Positions 9,128 to 19,553 are shown, counted from the stretch's first letter. The stretch: 36,751 bases of DNA from an uncultured Candidatus Rokubacteria bacterium (GCA_963754315.1 CAVWFS010000004.1:1-36751); one strand, 5' to 3'. Made by a program: numbers and translations. The notes: a model not told the origin generated them from the letters alone.

Positions 9128-9203
9128 TGGCTCCCCGGGCAGGTCTCGAACCTGCGACATCCTGATTAACAGTCAGGCGCTCTACCAACTGAGCTACCGG
9201 GGA
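9128..9203 (-). tRNA. tRNA-Asn (GTT)
   Basis: rc TCCCCGGTAGCTCAGTTGGTAGAGCGCCTGACTGTTAATCAGGATGTCGCAGGTTCGAGACCTGCCCGGGGAGCCA: 76-nt cloverleaf, anticodon GTT, encoded CCA. Confidence 0.98.
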
Positions 9204-9289
9204 ACGCGGACGCCTATTTTATCGTACCTGAGCTCGACGCTCCATCTCCTCGCCTGAGACCCTGTCACGGTCAAAGGCCGCGGCCACCG

Positions 9290-11590
9290 TCAGCCGCCCA
9301 GCAGCACGCGCGCAGCTTGCGCGATGGCCGCAGCGTCGATGCCGTAGTGGCGGTACAGGTCGGCGCGCCCGCCAGATTGCCCGAAGTGGTCGACGCCGAG
9401 CGCCAGTTGCGGCACCCCAAGAGCACCGCCTAGAAAGGCCAGCGCGTGCGAGTGCCCGTCCAGCACCGACACCACGGGCACTCCTTCCTCTTCGGCGCTG
9501 ACCAGGTCCTCCAGGTAGGGCCGGCGCTCGCGCAGGCCTCGGTAGAGCAGGTCGGGGCTGGTCACCACGAAGACATTGGCGAACACGTCAAACTCACGCA
9601 GGGTGCGGGCCGCCTCCAGGGCCTCTGGCACTGTCACCCCAGCGGCGAAGAGATGGACGGCGTTTGTCTCGGAATCGTACCCGGATTCGCCGCGCACATC
9701 GACGAGTCGGTAGCCGCCGCCCAGGACTTGCACGCGATAGCGCGCGTCGGGCAGCGGGGCCAGGCTTTGCTCGATCGGACGCGTCGAGAGTCTGAGGTAT
9801 GCGCTGCGCCCCTCGTGCGCGTCGTTCAAGCGAGCGAGGGCATCGAGCAGGATCCACTCCACCTCGCGCGCGAAGACGGGTTCCCAGTACGCGATGTCCG
9901 GCAGCGCGATGCCGATGCCTGGGGTGATGACCGACTGGTGAGCGCCGCCCTCCGGAGAGAGCGTCACCCCCGACGGCGTGGCCACGACGATGAAGCGCCC
10001 GCCGGCGTAGAGCGCGTGGTAGAGGGCATCGAGACCCCGGGTGACGAAGGGATCGTAGAGCGTCCCGATGGGAAGCAGCGGTCGGCCCGACAGTTCGCGT
10101 GTGAGACCCAGAGCGCCCAGGAGCAGAAAGAGATTGTGCTCAGCAATACCGATCTCGATGTGCTGTCCCGCCGGCGATTCCCTCCACTGGACGGCTTGGG
10201 CCAGCTCTGCGAAGTAGTTCGGCTTCGCCTCCGGAAAGTAGACGCCCTTCCGACTGATCCAGCCCGCCAGATGTGTGGTGACCGCGACGTCGGCTGAGAC
10301 GGTGACGATCGCCTCGCCGGCGGGCCGCCGAGCCAGCCCGCCCAGCACCCGACCAAAGGCCTCCTGGGTCGACATTGTCCCCGCGTATGTCTCGTCAAGG
10401 GTTTCCGGAATGTCCGGACGCGCGGACGGCACGGGGCGCTCGTAGAAAGCGGGCAGTCCGGCGATGAGGGTCGCCTCCGGGCTCCCCGTTGCGAAGCGAG
10501 CCCATTCGTCGCCGGGCGCGATGCCGAGTGAGCCGCGCAGTTCTTCGATCTGAGCGGTCGTCATGAGGGCGGTGTGGTTCATAGGGTCGCCGGCCATCGG
10601 CAACCCCCAGCCCTTGATGGTGTGGGCGAGAATGACGCTTGGTCCATTTCGATGGCGCTTCGCCGCTTCGAGGGCGTCGATGATCAGTGCGAGGTCGTGG
10701 CCACCGAGATCGCCCAGCGTTGACCGTAACGCCTCGTCGTCGACCGTGCTCAGCAAACGGTCAATCGACCGGTCGGTCTCGCCGGATGCCCCGGTCATCA
10801 GCGCCTTTCGCGCGGCGGCGGGAGGGAGCCTCAGCAGGCTCTGATACTCGGCGTACGGCATTGTGTCCAGACGCGCTCGCAATCGCTTGCCGCCCGGGCG
10901 GTCGAAGAGCTGCTGCAGCTGCGCTCCATAGCGCAGCTCGATGACGTTCCAACCGAAGGCCGCGAACAGCTCGGGCAACTGGCGGCGTCGAGTGTCGGGC
11001 ACGATCCGGTCGAGACTCTGCCGGTTGACGTCGACAATCCAGAGCACATTGGTGAGTCGGGCGAGCGCCTCCTCTGCCAGCGCCTCCCACACGTTGCCCT
11101 CGTCCAGCTCGGCGTCGCCGACCATGACGATGATTCGCTCGGGGCGGGCGGGCGTCCCGTGATCGGTGAGATAGCGCGCGGCTAACGCGCCGAACGTGGC
11201 CTGAACCGCACCGAGTCCCATCGACCCGGTCGAGATATCAACGATCTCCGGGTTCTTCCGATGGCTCGGGTAAGCCTGCAGCCCGCCGAAGGTCCGAAGC
11301 TCGCGCAGGGCGTCGGCGCTGAGCCGGCCGCGCAGGTACTGGATGGCGTAGAAGGCCGGTGAGGCATGCGCCTTGACGGCCACGGCGTCCGTCGGCCGTA
11401 GTGCGTGGAAGTAGAGAGCGGTCAGGAGGCTGACCACCGAGGCCGACGATGCCTGGTGGCCGCCGACCTTGAGCCCGTCAGGATTGGAGCGCAGCGTGTT
11501 GGCGTGATGGACCATCCACGCGCTGAGCCACAGCACCCGGCGCTGGATGCGGTCGAGGACCGCGAGCTGGTCGGCGTTCGCCGTGGCCAC
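9290..11590 (-). CDS. aceE: Pyruvate dehydrogenase E1, homodimeric (AceE/transketolase-like)
   Basis: KVGGHQASSAS, STGSMGLG, GDAELDEG...N TPP motif, EGGAHQS, FGQSG. Start taken at the GTG just after recR. Confidence 0.85.
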   Translation of the reverse strand: MATANADQLAVLDRIQRRVLWLSAWMVHHANTLRSNPDGLKVGGHQASSASVVSLLTALYFHALRPTDAVAVKAHASPAFYAIQYLRGRLSADALRELRTFGGLQAYPSHRKNPEIVDISTGSMGLGAVQATFGALAARYLTDHGTPARPERIIVMVGDAELDEGNVWEALAEEALARLTNVLWIVDVNRQSLDRIVPDTRRRQLPELFAAFGWNVIELRYGAQLQQLFDRPGGKRLRARLDTMPYAEYQSLLRLPPAAARKALMTGASGETDRSIDRLLSTVDDEALRSTLGDLGGHDLALIIDALEAAKRHRNGPSVILAHTIKGWGLPMAGDPMNHTALMTTAQIEELRGSLGIAPGDEWARFATGSPEATLIAGLPAFYERPVPSARPDIPETLDETYAGTMSTQEAFGRVLGGLARRPAGEAIVTVSADVAVTTHLAGWISRKGVYFPEAKPNYFAELAQAVQWRESPAGQHIEIGIAEHNLFLLLGALGLTRELSGRPLLPIGTLYDPFVTRGLDALYHALYAGGRFIVVATPSGVTLSPEGGAHQSVITPGIGIALPDIAYWEPVFAREVEWILLDALARLNDAHEGRSAYLRLSTRPIEQSLAPLPDARYRVQVLGGGYRLVDVRGESGYDSETNAVHLFAAGVTVPEALEAARTLREFDVFANVFVVTSPDLLYRGLRERRPYLEDLVSAEEEGVPVVSVLDGHSHALAFLGGALGVPQLALGVDHFGQSGGRADLYRHYGIDAAAIAQAARVLLGG

Positions 11591-11594
11591 CGGC

Positions 11595-12197
11595 CTAGCT
11601 GATCTCCCGGCGCCCCTCCAGCGCCTTGGAGAGCGTGACCTGGTCGGCGTACTCAAGATCGCCGCCGACCGGCAGGCCCCGGGCGATACGCGTTACCCTC
11701 ACGCCGAGCGGCCGCAGGAGCTTGGCCAGGTAGAGCGCCGTGGCCTCGCCCTCGACGTTTGGATTGGTGGCCAGGATGACCTCGTCCACCCCGCCCACAT
11801 CCAGGCGCGCCAGCAGCTCGCGCACCTTGATGTCGTCGGGGCCGATTCCATCGAGCGGCGACAGCGCGCCGAGCAGCACGTGATAACGTCCGCGGAACTC
11901 GCCGGTGCGCTCCATGGCCAGCAGATCGTTCGGCTCCTCCACCACGCACAGCACGCGGTCGTCGCGCCGGACATCCGCACAGATCCGGCAGGGATCCTCG
12001 TCGGTGACGTTGAAGCAGATGCGGCAGTAGACGATGCGCTCCTTGACCGCGACCAGCGCCGCCGACAGCTCGCGCACCTCGTCGGCGGGCCGCTTCAGGA
12101 GAAAGAAGGTCAACCGCTGCGCCGTCTTCGGTCCGATGCCCGGCAGGCGCTGCAGCGCCTCGATCAGCCGCGCCACCGGCTCCGGATAGTAGGCCAT
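11595..12197 (-). CDS. recR: Recombination mediator RecR
   Basis: [12 protein letters not shown]hH, C4 zinc finger, Toprim [12 protein letters not shown]. Confidence 0.98.
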   Translation of the reverse strand: MAYYPEPVARLIEALQRLPGIGPKTAQRLTFFLLKRPADEVRELSAALVAVKERIVYCRICFNVTDEDPCRICADVRRDDRVLCVVEEPNDLLAMERTGEFRGRYHVLLGALSPLDGIGPDDIKVRELLARLDVGGVDEVILATNPNVEGEATALYLAKLLRPLGVRVTRIARGLPVGGDLEYADQVTLSKALEGRREIS

Positions 12198-12273
12198 TTT
12201 ACCGGAAGTGGGTGCTCGCCGTGCGTCGTGGGTGGCCCGTTATAGGTGCGCGTGGCTTCATTGATCCCCCAGA

Positions 12274-12588
12274 CTATCCCCCGAGGCCGGGGATCTTGAG
12301 GCCGCCCGTCAGCTTGCCGAGCTCCTGCTGCATCATGTCGCGTGACTTGCGCAGCGCCTCGTTGCAGGCGGCCAGCACGAGGTCTTCAAGCATCTGCGCG
12401 TCGTCCTTGTTGATCACCTCGGGATCGATCTTGATGGAGACGATCTCCTGCTTGCCGTTGGCCTCGACGGTGACCATGCCGCCCCCGGCCGTCGCGTCGA
12501 CCTTGCGCTGCGCCACCTCGGCCTGCATCTTCTCCATCTGCTGCTGGAGCTTTTGCGCTTCCTTCATCAAGTTTCCGAAACCCTTCAC
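12274..12588 (-). CDS. ybaB: YbaB/EbfC nucleoid-associated protein
   Basis: AGGGMVTV, LEDLVLAACNEAL; canonical dnaX-ybaB-recR order. Confidence 0.96.
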   Translation of the reverse strand: MKGFGNLMKEAQKLQQQMEKMQAEVAQRKVDATAGGGMVTVEANGKQEIVSIKIDPEVINKDDAQMLEDLVLAACNEALRKSRDMMQQELGKLTGGLKIPGLGG

Positions 12589-14308
12589 GAGGCGTCTCCT
12601 TCCGGTGCGCGGGCGCGCACCGCCACGATCTCACCTTGGAACTCCGCGATGGCCGCCTTCACCGTGGGATGGGTGGTCGGCCCCGTCTCCGTTTCGCCTT
12701 CCATCACGACGTTGAAGCTCTCCGCTCCTGACACCCAGCGGCGCACAGCCTGCCCAAGGATGTCTCTGTTCACCGGTTCCAGCAGCCGATCGCGATGAAA
12801 GGCGTTGCCCGATAGCACGAGCGTGAGAACACGATCGGCCATCCCCGCCGGCCGCACCTGGGCGAGCACGGCCCCGAGCATGACCCGCTTCCTGTTGACC
12901 TCCTCCGTCACGCGCTGCCAGGCCTCGGCGAGGTCCGATGGCGGTGCCGGGGGCGCACCACGCTCAGGCGCTCCTGTGGGCGCCGCCGCCGGTTCGCGCG
13001 ACGCGGCCGCGGACGACGACGAGTCGGAGCGTGCCGCCCGTGGCGATGGAAGCGGCGTACCCGCGCCCACTCCCGAAGACGAGCTTCGTGCGGCGCGCGG
13101 CTCCGGCGGCGGTTCGAGCATGCTCTGCTGCAGGGGCGCTGCCGGTGCGGATCCCTCGCCGAGCGGGCCGGCGCCGCGCAGACGCGCTTCCGCCTCGTCC
13201 ACCCGCCTGAGCACCTCCTCCAACGCCTGCGGGACGGGACGTCGGGTGGCGCGTACGGTGGCGATCTCCAGCTCGACCCGGGGATGGGGGACTCGCGCAT
13301 GACCTCGTCGGCGTCGAGGAGCGCCCGGAGGATATAGAGGATCTCGTCAAGCGAGATGGGTTCGGCCAGTTTTCTGATCTCGTTGCCCTCGGTGGAGGTC
13401 AACTCGGCTAGCTTTGTGGTTGGCGCCGCCTTCAGCACGAGCGCCAGGCGCATTGTCTCGATGACGTCGCGGATGAAAGCGTGCAGGTCCTCGCCCTCAT
13501 GAGTCGCCCGGTCGATCGCCTCCAGGGCCACGACCGTATCGTGGGCAACGAGGGCGGCCGCGAAGGCCCGCACCTCGGCCGGCGCAGTGGTGCCGAGTAG
13601 AGTGGCGGCGGTGTCGGCCTCCAGGCGCCCGTTGCCGTAGGCGATAGCGGTGTCGAGGAGCGAGAGCGCGTCGCGCAACGATCCGGAGGCTGCCCGCACG
13701 ACGGGGGGAAGGGCGGCCGGATCAAAAGGAATCTGCTCCTCGGTCAGGATGCGTTCGAGCGTCTGCGCCAGCATCTCGGGGGCAATGGGGCGGAAGTCGA
13801 AGCGCTGGACGCGCGAGAGCACCGTCGCGGGGATGTCGCGCGGATCCGTGGTGGCCAGGACGAAGACCACGTGGGGAGGGGGCTCTTCCAGCGTCTTCAG
13901 GAGCGCGTTGAAGGCCGCCTCCGTGAGCTGGTGCACTTCGTCGATGATGTAGACCTTGTAGCGGCCGCGCGAGGGCGCGTACTTGACGTTCTCGCGCAGA
14001 GTCCGGATCTCCTCGATGCCGCGGTTGGAGGCGCCGTCGATCTCGATGACGTCCACCGAAACATCGCGGCAAGCGTCGCAACGTCCGCATGGTTCGGGGC
14101 CGGTCCTCGCCAGGCACAAGAGCGCCCGGGCCAGCAGGCGGGCGGTGGTCGTCTTACCGATTCCCCGCGGCCCGGCAAACAGATACGCGTGGGCGATACG
14201 GCCGGAGACGAGCGCGTTCTTCAAGGTGCGCGTGATCGCGTCCTGCCCGACCACGGCCTCGAACACTTGCGGCCGCCACTTCCGTGCCAGGACCTGATAG
14301 CTACTCAT
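12585..14308 (-). CDS. dnaX: DNA polymerase III subunit gamma/tau (frameshift at G5 run 13286-13290)
   Basis: YQVLARKWRPQ, GPRGIGKTT, IIDEVH, FNALLKTLEEPP. Adding one C restores SPHPRVELEIA and joins the 12585-13223 frame. Confidence 0.95.
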
Positions 14309-14311
14309 GAA

Positions 14312-14584
14312 GTAGCCGTGCACCCTCCTCCGAACGGTCCATACCGCGATCTCCCCACAGGACCAACTCCAGTCAGGTACTCCCACGGCACACGAGAGGG
14401 TCGCCTTACCGTTGCTCCCTTCCGGGCCTGGCGGGGTTCGACGATTCCCGTTGCGTGGGGCCCAACCTTCAACGCCGCCCCATGAGGCTCACTCGACACG
14501 AACCGCCCTCGAAAGGGAGTTCAACCCCGCTGAAGCGGATTGCGGGTTACAGGGCACCGCTAACTCCCCGTCTAGCACGGCCAC
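14312..14584 (-). ncRNA. ffs: Signal recognition particle RNA, large (Alu-containing) type
   Basis: rc starts GCCGTGCTAGACGGGGAGTTAGCGGTGCCCTGTAACCCGCAATCCGC (Bacillus-scRNA-like Alu). Helix-8 motif CCAGGCCCGGAAGGGAGCAAC. Termini pair GTGGCCGTGC/GCACGGCTAC. Located upstream of dnaX. Confidence 0.95.
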
Positions 14585-14634
14585 GCTCCAGACTACCGCG
14601 ATCCGGGCCGGGTCGCCCGGGAAGTGCGAGAAAG

Positions 14635-14729
14635 TGGCGGAGGGGGTGGGATTTGAACCCACGGCACAGGGGTTAGCCCCGTGCACGGCATTTCCAGTGC
14701 CGCACCTTCGGCCGCTCGGTCACCCCTCC
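14635..14729 (-). tRNA. tRNA-Ser (GGA)
   Basis: Anticodon arm CGGCA-CT-GGA-AA-TGCCG, long variable arm, GGTTCAAATCC, GCCA end. Confidence 0.96.
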
Positions 14730-14736
14730 GACTAGA

Positions 14737-14768
14737 GTCGGGGGGAGCGAGGCGCCGCTCCCCCCGAC
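14737..14768. repeat. Perfect 13-bp GC hairpin in the tRNA spacer (REP-like or processing stem)
   Basis: gtcggggggagcg-aggcgc-cgctccccccgac; second hairpin acgggggc-aaa-gcccccgt at 14837-14855. Confidence 0.6.
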
Positions 14769-14900
14769 ACCCCCCACCGCTTCGAACCGCTATCTCTTGG
14801 GGCGGCGCCGGCCCTACCGCCCTGTGAAATTCTAGGACGGGGGCAAAGCCCCCGTTCGGACTCTGCTCGTCACTCGGCGCCACGTTCCCAAGTAATGAAT

Positions 14901-14995
14901 TGGCGGAGGGGAGAGGATTTGAACCCCCGAGGGACCTTATGGGCCCCTATCCGATTTCGAGTCGGACGCCTTCAACCGGGCTCGGCCACCCCTCC
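14901..14995 (-). tRNA. tRNA-Ser (CGA)
   Basis: Anticodon arm TCCGA-CT-CGA-AA-TCGGA, long variable arm, GGTTCAAATCC, GCCA end. Confidence 0.96.
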
Positions 14996-15283
14996 GCGTC
15001 AACCTACCAACGCACGAACCGTCCGCCAGTCTACCTCAGCCGTCACGCCAGGTCACTCCGTCGAAGCATCCCGGCGCTCTCGCCATCGGCGCGGCCGGCT
15101 ATGGACTCAGCGGCCCAGTCCGAGAAGCGCATGGGATCTTGTTGGACAGGTAGTTCCTTTCGGAATTTCGATCCGCCTCGCAAGTGGGCACCGAATCGTT
15201 CGTTCCGGCCGCTCGTCGGACGGCACGGATCCTGCGGCGAGGTCCTGGTTCTGCTATCGTCAGACCCCATTTCGGGGAGGGAG

Positions 15284-17392
15284 ATGATGCGAATACCCTG
15301 GCGACCTGTTCTCGTGCTCTTGCTCGTGCTGCCGACCATCGCCTACGCCCAGCCGTGCCAGGGACCCAGACCCAACGACATCTGCGAGACACGGCCCGCC
15401 GCGGGCGGAGCCACGGAACGCGCCATGTCAGCCATCAGCAAGCCCACGGGCCCCTCCCGAAAGGTATCGTCGGCCCTGCGCGCCGTCCCGAACGCGACCC
15501 GCTCGACACCGAGTGTCCGGGTCAGCCACGCCGGTGAAATTCAGGTCTATGTCGAGGTGAAGGAATTCCGTCCGGAATACCTGGCTCAGCTGGAGACCGC
15601 GGGGTTGCGGGTCGAAGGCAGCCTGCCGGAATTCCGTCTGGTCCAGGGTTGGATCGCCAGCAGCGCCGTCGACATCGTGGCGGGGCTCGACTTCGTCAAG
15701 CAGGTGCGACCACCCGCGTACGGAATGCGCGAGTCGGTCGGTCTCGCTTCGACCGAAGGTGACGCTCTTCTGCGGGCGGATCTGGCCCGGGATCTCTTCG
15801 GGGTCACCGGGGCCGGCGTGAGGGTCGGCGTGATCTCGGATGGAGTCGATTTCCTGGTCGATTCCCAGGAGAGTGGCGATCTGCCATTCGTGCAGGTCCT
15901 TCGGGCCGGGACCGGAAACGAGGGCACCGCCATGCTCGAGATCGTCCACGACCTCGCGCCGGGCGCCTCTCTCGGCTTCTGGGGACCCGATACGAGCCTC
16001 GAGATGGTGCAGGGGATCAACGCGCTACGGGACGCCGGGGCGCGCGTGATCGTCGACGACCTCAGCTTCTTCAGCGAGCCCAAGTTCCAGGACGGCATGA
16101 TCGCGCAGACGGTGCGCGCCTTCGCCCAGAACGGCCGGGTGTACGCGGGCTCGGCCGGCAACCGCGCCCAGCAACACTACCGGGCGTTCTACTCGCGCCT
16201 GGGCGGACAGAACTTTCCCAACGGGTACCCGGCCGTCCACGACTACGGGGGAGCTGACCTCGGCAACACGGTCACCATCCCCAACGGATGCTCCATCGAC
16301 GTGACCCTGCAGTGGAACAACCCGTGGGGAGCGGCCAGGGACGACTTCGATCTGTCTATCGCACGGTCGTCGGACTTCGTGCTGCTCGCGACGAGCGTGG
16401 ACGAACAGACAGGCACGCAGGATCCGATCGAGTCCACGAGCTGGACCAACGACACGGGATCAACAGTGACCGTCTTCATCGCGGTCTCGGAGTTCGCCAT
16501 CGTCAGCCCACCCGGGTCGCTGATCCTCGATTACTTTGCCATTCCTTCGTGCGGTGACGATCTACAGTACGTCACCGCGGCGCAGAGCCTCTCTGGCAAT
16601 CACGCTGTCGACGAGATGCTCTCGGTGGCGGCCGTCGGGGCCGACGATCCCACCGTGGCCCAGGACTACAGCTCTCGGGGCCCGCATAACATCTTCTTCC
16701 CTGCCCTCGAGCAGCGGCTGGTGCCCAACATCAGCGCCATCGACTGCGTCCAGACCTACACAGGTCAGCAAGGGTTCTTCACCAATCCCTTCTGCGGCAC
16801 GTCGGCCGCCGCCCCCCACGTGGCGGGTGTCGCCGCCTTGTTGATCGAGGCCTCCCCCGCTCTCGATTCCAGCCAGCTCCGGAACCTCCTGATGGGAACG
16901 GCGCCGGACCTGGGGCCGGATGGTTTCGACTTCACCTACGGCGCCGGTCGGGTGGATGCGGCCAATGCCATCAACTTCTCGCCGTTCTCACCCTTCACCG
17001 CCCTCGCCGTCAACGCCACTCGCTTCTCGGCAGGGCAAACCTTGGTCCTGGGCCTCGCCGCTGCGAACCCGCCCGGTAACCCAACGCTCGATCTCTACGT
17101 GGGAGCACTCGCCCCGGATGGCAACACGATCGTGTTCCTCTCTGCCGCCGGCGGCATCGGGGGAGTCGGCACGCTCGGGGCTCCCGCATCGGTGGCGCCC
17201 TTGACCGCGACCCCTGCCGGGTTCTCGTTCAGCCAGTCAAATTTCTTTCAGTTCACCTTCCCCGCCGGCCTTCCGACTGGGACCTACACACTGTTCGCGG
17301 CCTTGTTTCGGAACCGATCCCTCGCCGATAACGTGATGGACAACGGCGATCTCATAGGGCTCAGCGCCATCCCCATCGCCTACTCACCGTGA
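15284..17392 (+). CDS. Secreted S8 subtilase-family serine peptidase with C-terminal beta-rich extension
   Basis: Signal peptide (..TIAYA/Q), VGVISDG, SAGN, GTSAAAPHVAG, YGAGRVDA. GGAGG RBS before 15284. Confidence 0.9.
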   Translation: MMRIPWRPVLVLLLVLPTIAYAQPCQGPRPNDICETRPAAGGATERAMSAISKPTGPSRKVSSALRAVPNATRSTPSVRVSHAGEIQVYVEVKEFRPEYLAQLETAGLRVEGSLPEFRLVQGWIASSAVDIVAGLDFVKQVRPPAYGMRESVGLASTEGDALLRADLARDLFGVTGAGVRVGVISDGVDFLVDSQESGDLPFVQVLRAGTGNEGTAMLEIVHDLAPGASLGFWGPDTSLEMVQGINALRDAGARVIVDDLSFFSEPKFQDGMIAQTVRAFAQNGRVYAGSAGNRAQQHYRAFYSRLGGQNFPNGYPAVHDYGGADLGNTVTIPNGCSIDVTLQWNNPWGAARDDFDLSIARSSDFVLLATSVDEQTGTQDPIESTSWTNDTGSTVTVFIAVSEFAIVSPPGSLILDYFAIPSCGDDLQYVTAAQSLSGNHAVDEMLSVAAVGADDPTVAQDYSSRGPHNIFFPALEQRLVPNISAIDCVQTYTGQQGFFTNPFCGTSAAAPHVAGVAALLIEASPALDSSQLRNLLMGTAPDLGPDGFDFTYGAGRVDAANAINFSPFSPFTALAVNATRFSAGQTLVLGLAAANPPGNPTLDLYVGALAPDGNTIVFLSAAGGIGGVGTLGAPASVAPLTATPAGFSFSQSNFFQFTFPAGLPTGTYTLFAALFRNRSLADNVMDNGDLIGLSAIPIAYSP

Positions 17393-17419
17393 TCGAAGGG
17401 GACGCGACGGCGCGTGGCA

Positions 17420-17947
<528 letters not shown>

Positions 17948-18018
17948 TCACCCGCCGAAACGTCACATTTTGGTCACGCGGGGCTGCTAGACTTCGAGGC
18001 GCGCGATCGTTTACGACC

Positions 18019-19476
18019 ATGGCGTCCTACGATTACGACCTCGTGTGCGTGGGTAGCGGGCCCGCCGGGCAGCGAGCAGCGGTGCAGGCGGCCAAGCTTG
18101 GGAAGCGGGCTGCCCTCATCGAGCGACAGCGGGTCGTGGGCGGCGTGTGTCTGGAGACGGGCACCATTCCGAGTAAGACATTCAGGGAAGCGGTGCTCTC
18201 CTTCGCGGCGGCCAGCAACGTGCTGGAGGGCGGCGTGCTTCGACCGATCGTGAAGCCGACGGCCGAGCAGCTGCTCGCGCGCGTGAATGAGGTCGTCCGC
18301 CGCGAGTGCGGCGTGGTGGAAGATCAGCTGAGCCGCAACGACGTGACGGTGATTCGCGGCAGCGCCTCCTTCGCAGATCCCCATACCCTCCTCGTCCAGA
18401 CGGAGGAGACCAACCGGCGCGTGAGCGCGGACCGGATCGTGGTGGCGGTGGGGACGGCGGCGGGCACTCCGCCCGGAATGACGGGAGCCGATGGCGTCGC
18501 CATCACCAGCGACGAGATCATGTGCCTCAAACGTCTGCCGCGCACCATGGTCGTGGTGGGCGCTGGCGTGATCGGCGTCGAATACGCGTCGATGTTCGCA
18601 GCCCTGGGTGTCGAGGTCACGGTCGTGGATCGCCGGGACCGGCCCCTGGAGTTCCTGGATCGCGAGATCGTGGACGAGCTGCTCCACCAGATGCGGAAGC
18701 GGCGCGTGACCTTTCGCCTCGGAGAAGCGGTGGAGCGGGTGGATGTCCACGACGGCACTCCGACCCGAGCCGTCCTCCTGCTGGAATCGGGCAAGCGCAT
18801 CATCTCCGAGCTGGCCTTGTTCTCGGTGGGCCGTCAAGGTGCCACCGAGCGCCTCAACCTGGCCTCGGCGGGACTGACAGCCGACGGGCGCGGGCGGCTC
18901 GTGGTGGACGAGGAGTTCCGGACCGCCGTCCCCCATATCTACGCAGCGGGCGACGTCATCGGCTTCCCGAGCCTGGCCGCGACCTCGGCCGAGCAGGGGC
19001 GCCTGGCCGCCTGCCATGCCTTCGGAATAACCACTCGCCGCATGTCCGCCCACTTCCCGGTTGGCATCTATGCCGTGCCCGAGATCTCGATGGTGGGGGC
19101 ACCGGAACACGAGCTGACCCAGCAGCGGGTGCCCTACGAGACGGGAGTGGCTCGCTACCGGGAGATCGCGCGCGGTCAGATCCTGGGCGACGACAGCGGC
19201 TTCTTCAAGATGATCTTCCACCGCGAGAGCCGTCGTCTGCTCGGTGTGCATGCCATCGGCACCGGAGCCACCGAGCTGATTCACATCGGGCAAGCCGTAC
19301 TCGCCCTCGGGGGCGGCCTCGACTACTTCCTCGAAACGGTCTTCAACTATCCGACCTTGGCCGAGTGCTACAAGGTGGCCGCCCTCAACGCAGGGAACAA
19401 AATGGGGGGCCCCGATTTGGGCTCCCAGACGCCCCTACGTTCGGAGCACCCCGGGGAACCCGGGACGGCCCTCTAA
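18019..19476 (+). CDS. sthA: Soluble pyridine nucleotide transhydrogenase
   Basis: GSGPAG, GTIPSKTFRE, GAGVIGVEYAS, VFNYPTLAECYKVAAL. The C-terminal 24 aa derive from a dispersed repeat. Confidence 0.93.
   Translation: MASYDYDLVCVGSGPAGQRAAVQAAKLGKRAALIERQRVVGGVCLETGTIPSKTFREAVLSFAAASNVLEGGVLRPIVKPTAEQLLARVNEVVRRECGVVEDQLSRNDVTVIRGSASFADPHTLLVQTEETNRRVSADRIVVAVGTAAGTPPGMTGADGVAITSDEIMCLKRLPRTMVVVGAGVIGVEYASMFAALGVEVTVVDRRDRPLEFLDREIVDELLHQMRKRRVTFRLGEAVERVDVHDGTPTRAVLLLESGKRIISELALFSVGRQGATERLNLASAGLTADGRGRLVVDEEFRTAVPHIYAAGDVIGFPSLAATSAEQGRLAACHAFGITTRRMSAHFPVGIYAVPEISMVGAPEHELTQQRVPYETGVARYREIARGQILGDDSGFFKMIFHRESRRLLGVHAIGTGATELIHIGQAVLALGGGLDYFLETVFNYPTLAECYKVAALNAGNKMGGPDLGSQTPLRSEHPGEPGTAL
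19402..19473 (+). repeat. ~70-bp dispersed REP/MITE-like repeat (copy 1, in-frame in sthA)
   Basis: Shares atggggggccc start and 19-bp ccccggggaacccgggacg with rc of 35974-36043. Confidence 0.75.
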
Positions 19477-19553
19477 AGCCCGCGGCGGGGCGGTGCACGA
19501 CCCTCCCCGGTCCGATCTGCTATTCTGCGGATACATCACCCCAGGAGGGTCGC

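Noticed and set aside
13280..13295. dnaX frameshift as programmed gamma/tau recoding
   Set aside because: It occurs at a C5 run rather than an A-rich slippery site, interrupts a conserved-looking segment (SPHPRVELE), and similar 1-nt deletions occur in many genes here; most likely a sequencing error.
14900..15283. N-terminal extension of the 830-aa subtilase ORF
   Set aside because: It overlaps tRNA-Ser antisense; RBS and signal peptide indicate the start at 15284.
18306..19553. 701-aa ORF upstream extension and other long overlapping or antisense ORFs (e.g. 17974-19293, 31844-33148, 33816-35333, 25557-26219)
   Set aside because: Shadow ORFs of well-supported genes, expected in high-GC DNA; Arg/Pro/Gly-rich with no motifs.
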